The notes below the pieces were generated by a model. The model was not told where the DNA came from. It did no database searches and worked only from the letters and a program-made list of their open reading frames with translations. The translations under genes and the position numbers were made by a program. A stretch of 64,000 nucleotides of DNA from Tubiluchus corallicola (taxonomy: Eukaryota > Animalia > Priapulida), in contig JAQGDQ010000259.1 of assembly GCA_030141605.1 (NCBI GenBank), forward strand, positions 248,001 through 312,000. The letters run 5' to 3'. This document shows positions 54,601-64,000 of this stretch, in pieces (within the stretch, counting starts at the first letter, position 1; every line of letters starts with the position of its first letter).

Positions 54601-57600
54601 GACAATTCTGATATGGTATAAGCAGCAACACTACTCGGCCATTAATACACTGATTTGACAGAAAATATGATACTTTTTAAACTCCAATACAATAATCGGC
54701 ATCATACAAAACAACAATACTGGCCGAGAATCAGCCATAGAAAAACATGGCTGTCTTGCCAAAACAACGATGTTATAATAATTATTGTGTTTTGCGGTTT
54801 AAATTAAAAATACGCTTTTATATTATATGACTGCGTTAGGTAAGTATATAAAAATAACGAATCAATATATTTATAGATGGCTTATAGCAAATGTTTCAAC
54901 ATTACATCTCCATCTGGGCAAAACAGAAATTCAGTTGACTATTCTAAAATATGATAGAAATAAAAACACACAAAGCCAATACTATAACACAAGAAATAAG
55001 ATGGAAATCGGAGCAAGAATAATTAACACTAACTAACCAAATAAAGCACGTATAATTTTCTTAGAATAAAAACTTTAAACCGTTTTAAACGAATAATAAA
55101 TATTATAAAATTCAAGAATGGAATATAAAATTAAACATTTTTCATATAGCCTAAGGAAGCAAAATTGTCAAAGTTATTAAAACTAACGTGCAATATAAAA
55201 AATTATGTTTCTATAAAATACATGATCATTCTTATTCAGTACAAAAGGGTGATCATATTTTGGGTACTAATCTAAAATAATAACTTTGCTTTTTCTTTTA
55301 CTTTCTTCTCCCAATGTCTACAAATGCCTATAATAGATGTATCGAGCATATGATGATGATATTTTCATACTTCTACATTTTGCCTACATTTATGTATTTT
55401 GTTACAATGAATATATAAAAAATAGAGTGATTAATTAAATGAAATAAAAAATTATTTAAAAAATAAAATGGGAAAAACAATTTTTCAAAAATAGAGTAAA
55501 AGAACGTAAGCAGCAAAAAGTAAGAAATAGTCAAATAATAATGATAAAACTCACCAGCAACCTAGATATTAATGCATGTGGCTTTGGTACATTCACTGAA
55601 AAACAAAATATAAAATAAAGACAACGATCATATGATACATTAATGTTCTTTTAATACGTTTCACGACTAAACCTTTAACAGTGACAAATTATGGACCCCT
55701 TACAAACTCTCTGTCACTTCTCAAAGTGTCTACAATTTCGTAAGTCACAGGTATAAGACAATAATCCAAAAGAATACCACTTTTGTCAAAGTCTATTTCA
55801 AAATCTTCAGCGTTTTCCGAGCGTTTCTTGTTAACGAGGTGATCCAAACATTTACATACGACCGGCAGCGCGGGCGTGAATTCATCAGCTACTATGTACT
55901 CCAGGAGTAATGGCCATAATACCTGCATAGAAAAAGAGAAAGATAACTACAAATGAATGAGTGATTTTATCAGTCGCACAAGTTTGCAGAAAGCGTCTAT
56001 ATAATAAAACACAAAAATGAAAGCAAACAATTAGCTGAAAAGCGTAAATGAGTGACAACTTACCAATTCCATATTATCAACAGTTGTAGCAAGTGACTGT
56101 AAGATATTACTACACACAGAACGCAGAGAATCGGTGGATACATATTCCGGATCAGTATGCGCCTTCTGCTAAAACGCAACACCACAGTCATGATCACACT
56201 GCAACACTTTTGCAATACGCTATATTTTTGCAATTTATGTATAGTAACGTTTAACAGGAATAACTTTATTAATATAATTTTCTTTCGAAAACACTTTACA
56301 TAAGTATTTCATAAAAAATGTTATCAGTTAAGATTATTTACACGTTTAGTAATAAAAAAGTGTGACAATAGAAAAAAGAATAATGGACCTAATTAATAAG
56401 CCAGTTGTTACTATTATTATTTCATTATTACATAAAATTTATATAGTGCCCAAATATATAAAAACACTCAGTTGCACTTTACAACAAAAGATTTTACAAA
56501 GCCTAAAGTAAATCATAAAACTATATGCACCACTAAGAAAAGCCCTAAAAATGTAAGTTAAAAAAATCAATATAAAATCTAGTTATCTCAATGCAGGGAA
56601 AATTAAAATCCAATTCTATTCCCATACACTAATTTAAAAAGATGTGTCTTAAACAATTTTTTAAATGTAATTATATTATCGCAGTTTTTAATATTCAGTG
56701 GAAGTATTAATATTGAATATTCAGTCCTAGGTCAACAAGTAGATTTTTATTGCTAGATCTTAAGTTTCTGGATGGCGTGTAAATGCTAATCAGTTCTGCA
56801 AGATAGCAAGGGGCAAGGGACCTTGTAAACATTTAAATACCAGCACAGCAATTTTGAATTTGATTCTTGATTGCATAAAAAGCCAAGGTAGGGCCCGTAA
56901 TGTTGGAGCTATGTGATCATACTTGCACAAATACATGATCACTCTAGCTGCAATTCTGATTTTTTTGTAGTTTGTTTATAGAATCTTTTGAAACATTAAA
57001 CAGTAAACATTAAACAGTAGTCCAGAGTCGAGCTTATAAAGGAATGAATCAGAGATATGGTAGAATTCCTGTCTAGGTGCTTGCAAATCTGCCTATTTCT
57101 TGTTAATAAGCTTTTTTACAAACATTATTGATGTTAAAACCCATTGACGTATTCTCATCAAAGATAACCCCTAAATTACATACTTGGTGTGTGCAGGTAC
57201 TATTTCAAAATTCCCAATTTGTACTTTAACATCGGAAAGTTTTTTTAGCTGTTGCATAGTACCAATCACGATAATTTCTGTTTTCTTATCATTGATTTTT
57301 AAACGATGAGCAAGCATCCATGCTCAAACATCATAGACGCACTGCTGCATAGCTTTAATAGCATTATTCTGAGTTGAGGGCCTAAAAGCCAAATAAAGTT
57401 GATGATCATCAGCAAAACCGCCAACCATAGGAAGATGTTTTTCAATAACATCATACAGAAAACTGAAATAACCTAAAAATGTGACTGGCCCCGTGCAGCT
57501 TCCCTGAGGCACTCCATATTTTAAGGTAAATGATACTGATAAAACATTGTTAATTGATATCTACTGTTTTCAGTTGGTAAGGTAGGTCTGGAACCAGCTC

Positions 57601-60600
57601 ATCAAGTTTCCAGTAATATTAAACCTCTACATTTTTATAAGTTAAAATATCAAAATCAACAGTACCCAAGGCTGCACTCAGGTCTAACAGCATTAGCAAT
57701 GTTATATGTTGTCTGTCCATGTTGTTCATTATATCAGAATGAATTTCAACTATTAATGGTTCAGTGTTGTGATATTTTTTATATGCTGAATTTGGTATAG
57801 AATACAGGTCATTGCGCTCAAGATGTTCTACATACTGGTTTAAAGCTGCTGACTCTATCACTTTTGAAAGAAAATGCAGATTGCTAATTGGTCTGCAGTT
57901 CTTATAGACCAACTCATGTTCCTTTTTCTTCAAAAGTGGTCTGATTACAGTGCATTTCCAAGTTTCTGGAAATGGACTTGTTGTCAATGATTCATTAATA
58001 AGATTTGTAATTGGTGCTATTAAATAATCAATACAGCCTTTAAGCAGTGTAGTTGTATTGGATCTTATAAACAAGATTTCGAGCTAGACTTCATTATGAT
58101 GGCTTTAACCTGAGATAACTTTTGAAACTGGTAAAAATTTTCAGTAATATGTTGCATTGAACATTCACTTTCAAAACATCAGTCATCCCTTCTGTTCTAA
58201 CTGTGTCATCAATTTCAGATATAAAGGTGTCAATTTTGTCAATAAAGTATTGCCCAAATTCTACCCCCAAGCTTTGTTCATCGTCGTTATCAGGGAAAAG
58301 GATGTTATTTTCTCCTTGGATTAGCTTTGAGATTAGACGATACAGCTTCTTTTGATCACGGCCACAATATTGCATTTGTTCTGAATAACAATGCTGCTTA
58401 GCTTCGATGCACCACTCACAGACATAAAGCATTTTCTCTTAAAGTCAGCCAAACTTTCAGCATCTTCACTTTTCTGCCAGCTGTTCCCAGCTCTTCTTCA
58501 CTGTTTTTTCCACAATTTCAGGTTATCGTTGTATCACATCAATGTTGCTTTAGGAATTATAACGTTCTGGATTTTTGTTGTGTGCAAGTCCAGAATACCT
58601 TTTTAAAGTATCGTCATATAATACGGCTAGCTCATTAGTGGATAAATTTTCACTGTCAGAATTATTTAAGCGGCTATTTCGAATGTCTTTCTTGAAATCT
58701 TCCATATTTATGCCTTTAATTTTCCTAAATATAATCTCTTTTATTTCAGCCTCAGATTTTTGCCAATGTAGTTAGTTATACCAATTATATCAAATCAGTT
58801 ATACCAATAAGAACCAAGCAATTTTGATAAAATATACAAGCAGTACACTCTTCGTAAAAATTAACAAGTAACAACGTAATCTAGAAATGACTGCAGCTAA
58901 GCATTTGATGCAATCTCTACTCATATTAAAAGTACCTGTTGGATTCCATTCAAAACCTTTTCCTCGCTGATCTCTTTGAAAAAATATTATATCCATTTTC
59001 TAACTGGTAACTACTACAGTTCAATGATCAACATATATCGTAAATTAAAACTCATTGCTGACTTAACAGTAAACATAGCTTGGGGTACCACAAAACTAAC
59101 AATCTTATGACTACTTTGTTTACAATTAACATAGTACATTATATTATAAAACGCTTGACAAACTGTTGACTGGGATGTACAATATTAGCAATATAAAGTA
59201 ATATATATATTTATAAATTAAATCGTCAGACTATGCATTAATATGTACCTTTTCAGCTGTTTGAGATGGCTGGGAACACTGTCTGATCATAAATTCAACC
59301 ATTTGATCCCCTCCTTGTTCTCTAAGATAATCGTGGTGAGCCAGGGCCACTATCACTTGAATAAACATTTTCTTTACCTAAACAATGCCATTAAAATATA
59401 CAAAATTTAGCAGCCGAAATGCTAACTTCAACTAAATATAATTAACTAGTCTACTAGTTTATTATTTTTACATGTGTCATTGAAATACAGAAAGTTAAGC
59501 AGCTGAAAAGCTAACTTAAATGAAATAAAATTAACCAGTCTGGTAGTTTATTATTTTTATGTGTGTCATTGAAATACAGAAAATTTAGTAGCCAAAAAGC
59601 CAACTTAAACTACACAAAATTAAACAGTTTGATAGTTTATTAATTTCATGTGGTCAGTCAAATAAACTGGAAATTTTGCCACCTGAAACAGAAGCTTGGT
59701 AATTTGTAAAACTGTTGCCAAAAGTTAAGTATAGCAATAATTCAAAACATACTGATAACTACCTTATTATTGGATTCTGTCATTGCCATTTTTAAACCAG
59801 ACAAAACTACCGATTTTCTTTGGCCAATTTTGCTGTCTGTAAAACAAAGACAGGTAGAATAAATATACATTTTGATGGCAACAATACATGCTATAAATAG
59901 CACATTTTCTGTCAATCAAAAAAATTAATATTAAATGGGTAAGCGAGTGAGTGTATGGATAAGAAAACAATTACTGTAATTGGTGGTCAAAAGAAAGGTT
60001 TATAACTGGCTGCTGAAAAGGTTAGTGGGGGCATAATGTGTAAGTTAATGAGCAAGTTAACATGTGCGGGACAGTTATTCTGCAGAACACAGCAAATCTG
60101 ATTATTTTTTAAGAAAAATTACTGCCATGTTACATCTAGCATCTTGCTATCATTTTCATTTGAAAGCATTTCTTATACAATTAGAAGATTAATTCTCATA
60201 TCTGTAACATTAAATTTATGATTATGCTGATGATACAGCTTAATCAATTTGACAATGCAAACTTTGCAGAAATGATAAGTAATTTATGTAGCCATTCACT
60301 TAAAAATTGATAAGAAAATGTAAATTTCAAAAAATGTACAAACTATGAAAATGATAAAAAAAACTAATAGTCTATATATCAAGTGTGTTGCGAACCTGCT
60401 GCGTTAATGAGGTGGCGAAAGACACGTAATGCACCTATTCGAGCCTTCTCGTTATTGACTTCCAACTTCTGTATAAGGTACGATAATACCTTATCACATG
60501 ATGCTCTTGCTGTAACGAAATTTTCACTTTAATGTAAGTTACATTAAACTGAGCAGAGCTGAGATAGACAACACGAGTCAAAAGCAAAAAACAAGAAAAT

Positions 60601-63261
60601 AAGACAAAGGAAGGCAAGACAGGATAAAGCAATGACAGAATAATTTTCCCGGGTTTACAATAATTTTGCATTGCAAGTACATTTAACTCAGATAAATATG
60701 TAACAAATTACACAAACATTGCATGACAAGTACATTTAACACAGATAAATATGTAACAAATTACACAAATATTGCATGACAAGTACATTTAACTCAGATA
60801 AATATGTAACAAATTACACAAACATTGCATGACAAGTACATTTAACTCAGATAAATATGTAACAAATTACACAAACATTGCATGACAAGTACATTTAACT
60901 CAGATAAATATGTAACAAATTACACAAACATTGCATGTCAAGTACATTCGACTCAAATAATTATGTAACAGGTCACACAAACAGAACAATACACATACTT
61001 AAAAAACTTTTTATGATTGTGCTTAAATACAAAAAGTATCAAGAAGCTATGCTCAAAAAGGAATGAGCTAGAAAAAATGTAATTACAGGAAGGAAGTTGC
61101 AAGACAAAAATATAGAAAAAATTTGTATGTCTTGAATATGTTTAATATGCTATGGTTTTTTTCGTGTAAAATATTAATTATAAAAACGTAATGCAGATGT
61201 GATTCGTAAAAAGAGTTTTAAGAATTTGTGAGTTTTGCAAACAAGACAAGCTACAAAATGTATTTTCCAAAACTTGGTTAGGTAAATCACTGACATTAAT
61301 ACTTAACTTTTGCATACTTTTTCTGTTGAAAAAGAGGTTTCAATACATCAAATTTTATGGTGCCAACCAGCAACAGCAATATCTACAATTGTATTCTGTA
61401 AAACAACACAGATCCCCTATTTTCACAAAAAAACCTAGTAAGCCCACTTTTGGGCAAAACTGAATTATTGGCATCAGAAAATTCTTACTACCATGCTGCA
61501 CCTTACCACCAAATAATTTAACGACTTGAAGCTTATTAAGCTAGTTATTGACAAATTAGGAAATCTAGTAAGTCCATTTTTCAGAGAAATTTTCAGACAA
61601 ACCTAGCAAGACCACAACAGCATCTCTTCAGCCAATCTCCATGCAGAATCATACAATGACGAGCCGCCATACAGGTGGACAGCTAGGTAAACTGTTCAAC
61701 TCTTTACTGGCAAAGGAGTAATATGTGACACTATAATCGCGGTAATTTATAATGCACCTGCGTATCTGAAGGGTTAAGCAGTAGTTTGGATGACAATTCT
61801 ATCTCACTTGAGCGCAACTAGCAAGTTCAGCTTTTTTTAAACCAGGCAACGAGTACAAAACATGTATTTGCCTTGCCACTTTGTTGCAACCTAGCAAGTT
61901 GCAACCAACCAATAATTTAAAGCTACTTTAAAATTCCTTTCTTTCTCCTACGAATAATAAAGCACTCTTTATTGTGCACACTCCAAATTTCAAGGTAATC
62001 CATCAAATCAGTGTTTCTCGGCAAGTGAAAATAGTTTTCCCGCTTCCTCAAAGTGGACTTACTAGGTATTTTCAGAGAAATGGGAGAAATGTTATTTAAA
62101 GTTTGATTGCTAAGCTAGTTTCTACAGTTCAGCCTTCACTGTGTATTCATTTGGAAGACAAGGATATAAAAAAATGAGAATTATTAGCAAAACTCCAAAA
62201 AATGTAAAATTAGAAGTAACTCACCAAGTACATTAAAACAGCGCAAAACTTCGTTTTGATTCTTCAACATCGCTGCATTTGTGTAATCAGGAACCTGACA
62301 CGCCTAGAAAGCAAACTATTAATAAAAGAAGATTCTCTCAAATTCTGTTAGCAATTCCTTCAAGTGAAGCAAAAATAACATAATGCCATTTGCCACAATT
62401 CAATTCAATTCAATCCAAATTGCTTTATTATCAATATTAGGACACGAATAAAAAAGTATAAGATCATACGAAATCAAAATTGTACATAGAATTTACAATT
62501 CACTTTAACAGAAATCGGATGAAATGCGTTGATACTCTCATACTGATATCTTCAGCAGTGGCGGCACGTGCGTACTGTGGAACTGCAGCACCCCCTATTT
62601 TCACTCAATATTATCGATAATATTCAATATAACAAGTCTTTCTTCTTTAGTTCTTTCTTTATACTTGTACGGAACCAGAAGACGTGAGGGTAGTACTGTT
62701 TACTTCACAGCCCAGCACGGTGTAGCCAAGCGCACCTGTGCCGAGACAACATGCTGTATGCTGCACTGCTAGCGTCTGCTGCTACGTAGAGAAAGGATTG
62801 TTGCTCACACAGTTTGTCAGACAAAAACCGTATACGGGCATATTTTTGAAATGCAGCAATTTAGGATGTTCGTAAGTAAAGATTTTTTTGGTTTAGGATT
62901 TTTGTCAAGTTTATGCATGAATTTTCGTACGTTTGTTTGTTAAAAATTACAAATACAAATTACAACATTAAAATTACATGCATTTGTTTCGTTTTACATA
63001 ATATTAAAACAATGGCTAAAAATTTTCTGATGCAGCACCCCCACTGATTTTAATTATAAGCCGCCACTGACCTGAATTGACATCACAGTTAACATCTTCA
63101 TGTCATAAGCTTACATTACCGTATAATTTAAACAGGTGTTGCCTTAAATAATAAATAATTCCACAAACCTGTGCATAGAGAATGTTTAGAAGGCTATCAA
63201 ACTGATTTTCAGGCAGCATCAGATCACTATTTGCAGCAGCATCAAGTATCATTGCAACAGC
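33614..63261 (-). CDS. MROH1: Maestro HEAT-like repeat family member 1, 3' 34 exons; 5' part lies beyond the window
   Basis: Phase-consistent exons 5'->3': 63169-63261, 62225-62303, 60396-60509, 59763-59836, 59249-59377, 56064-56168, 55778-55922, 55555-55595, 54129-54270, 53339-53400, 52946-53053, 52650-52769, 51943-52068, 51262-51423, 50947-51066, 49877-49956, 48177-48267, 47404-47520, 46679-46789, 46001-46136, 45283-45395, 44616-44768, 42959-43113, 41543-41726, 40626-40867, 39714-39848, 39508-39622, 37605-37751, 36855-37043, 35919-36074, 35137-35271, 34603-34705, 33986-34051, 33614-33696. Motifs KNQNEVLRCF, VLWPLLLEYI, LWDTVIPKL, INIALRIRPCFEKE, LLLHLND, LHYGEFMNDL, FFKSSWSEIRANAAMFTGFL, LKDPEADVKIKAAEAMSLL*. 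Confidence 0.95.
38252..38536. mobile_element. Tigger/pogo-type MITE
   Basis: AGGTAGTCATCGACTTATGACG ... TCGTAAGTCGACGACTATCTG inverted termini; left terminus partly duplicated at about 38231. Confidence 0.6.
42405..42520. repeat. 62-bp-period direct duplication
   Basis: TTTAGTTTGCAAGCACACATATTATCCTTYATTTTTATATTTATCCTTACT occurs twice. Confidence 0.85.
44010..44560 (-). mobile_element. L2/CR1-type LINE 3' fragment (same family as 56408-58770)
   Basis: ORF 44220-44459 RNLRSGYKNLLVPRAQTKTLGMRGFSHAAPTVWNSLPLNIRSCNNIITFKKLLKTYL; 3' UTR and short-repeat tail shared with the longer copy. Confidence 0.85.
44821..45250. mobile_element. Degenerate Tc1/pogo-type MITE
   Basis: TAGTAAACTACGTATAACTCGAAC at left; repeated TTTGAGTTAC at right. 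Confidence 0.45.
46283..46660 (+). mobile_element. Helentron/DINE-1-like non-autonomous insert
   Basis: (GACA)n microsatellite blocks, TGTGCAAGTTTGG core and a short terminal hairpin (GGTCAAC...GTTGAAC), the layout typical of such elements. Confidence 0.45.
48268..49876 (-). other. U12-type (minor spliceosome) GT-AG intron in MROH1
   Basis: 5' splice site GTATCCTTTT; branch site TTCTTGAC ending 12 nt before the 3' junction; no polypyrimidine tract; flanking exons join in frame (phase 2). Confidence 0.9.
49313..49601. mobile_element. Tigger-like MITE inside the U12 intron (related right end also at about 39430-39472)
   Basis: TA|CAGCAAGTTCTCATTTAATG ... CATTAAACGTGGACTTACTG|TA. Confidence 0.65.
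52168..52530. mobile_element. Degenerate hAT-like MITE
   Basis: GC-rich subterminal GGGGCCCCTAGG / GAGGGTCCCTAG motifs and ATAATCCTGTCTTG right end. Confidence 0.4.
53555..54105. mobile_element. TTAA-associated MITE (piggyBac/Kolobok-like), right end degraded
   Basis: TTAA|CACTAGAAGGA.. left end with repeated CTAGAAGGA and internal inverse TCCTTCTAGGTAG. Confidence 0.4.
56408..58770 (-). mobile_element. Decayed L2/CR1-type LINE (reverse transcriptase ORF2, frameshifted)
   Basis: Fragments ITNLINESLTTSPFPETWKCTVIRPLLKK, RPISNLHFLSKVIE, LMLLDLSAALGTVD, GVPQGSCTGP, FADDHQLY match RT subdomains; several stops and frameshifts; short-repeat tail near 56408. Confidence 0.92.
59405..59640. repeat. 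Degenerate tandem repeat, about 3 copies
   Basis: AAATTTAGCAGCC.AAA.GCTAACTT.AA...AAAATTAAC.AGTCT..TAGTTTATTATTTTTA..TGTGTCATTGAAATACAG repeated. Confidence 0.75.
60668..60983. repeat. 53-bp minisatellite, about 6 copies
   Basis: Unit GCATGACAAGTACATTTAACTCAGATAAATATGTAACAAATTACACAAACATT at 60668, 60721, 60774, 60827, 60880, 60933. Confidence 0.95.
62556..63069. mobile_element. hAT-like MITE
   Basis: TIRs CAGTGGCGGC / GCCGCCACTG; subterminal TGCAGCACCCCC near both ends; TSD not clearly preserved. Confidence 0.7.
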
Positions 63262-64000
63262 CTGCAACATTATAGATAATAAAGTCATGCTATCAACTGT
63301 TATGCAACTTAAAGGTTAACTGCCGGGTCAAAAACCTTTTGTAGCTTTTTACAGATTCATGTAGTAAAGGACTTCTTTGTCATTAAAATATAGTTTATTT
63401 GTCTTGAATCTTCGTGGTTTTATCTGAATTATTTTTTTATTTTGAATTTGTGAACATTTTGTGCCATGATGAGTGCTAGAAAAATGCTCGACTATTTCCG
63501 TATGTAATTAGGACAATGTAGTGTTGCTATGCGAAAAGTAACTTAAAAATCACAAGCTTTAAATGCGCGCAGGTAGCGTGCAATTGTATGGTACCGTACT
63601 TACGTGCTGTACCGCTTTGGAACCATTGTACCGCTAAATAGGTTCAACTTTGGTGCTACTAAACTCTCATAAAAAAATGTAAATTTCGTGTCCATGAGAA
63701 GCTATGAAAACTCTCATTTGCTATCGTTGTGATGTCACAAGGAAATCCAGAGGCATTTGGAGATCTGTTTTTTGGCAGCGATTTACTCTTTTAATGTGCA
63801 CTTCTGACGAAAATAAATGACGGTTTCTTAATCACAGACATGCTGACTACTGATTCTCAAAAAACGTCTCAAGTTAGCGTTTAAGAGTCAATGTCTTATA
63901 AATCTATAAGTGTCTACTTTCTTATAAATCTTTACCAAAAGTAAGAAAAGTGCAGTTTTGGAAGCAGATCTCAGAAGGAACACTAGCAACCTCTACATGG

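Noticed and set aside
60668-60983. CRISPR-like array
   Set aside because: Head-to-tail repeats with no unique spacers, no cas genes, eukaryotic intron.
63308-63900. Kolobok-like MITE starting TTAA|AGG
   Set aside because: No matching right terminus found in the window.

Overview
AT-rich, intron-rich eukaryotic (invertebrate animal-like) genomic DNA; the ORF track is mostly intronic noise. Splicing by hand recovers five nuclear genes in alternating orientation: POLD3 (first exon only, minus), a complete 16-exon catalytically intact myotubularin MTMR2/MTM1-type gene (plus), a 3-exon mitochondrial initiation factor 3 (minus), a complete 12-exon C18orf63/DUF4708 homologue with a C-terminal SAP/HeH-like module (plus), and the last 34 exons of MROH1 (minus). 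MROH1 contains a clear U12 minor-spliceosome intron. Introns hold Tc1/pogo-type MITEs, a pogo transposase remnant, hAT-like MITEs, L2/CR1-type LINE relics, tRNA-derived SINE relics, a Helentron-like insert and minisatellites; an Academ-like remnant lies between MTIF3 and C18orf63. The best candidate for under-described biology is the C18orf63-like protein, which reads like an Argonaute N/L1/PAZ-type module joined by a disordered linker to a SAP-like domain, without MID/PIWI (inference). Family assignments rest on recalled sequences, not on searches.
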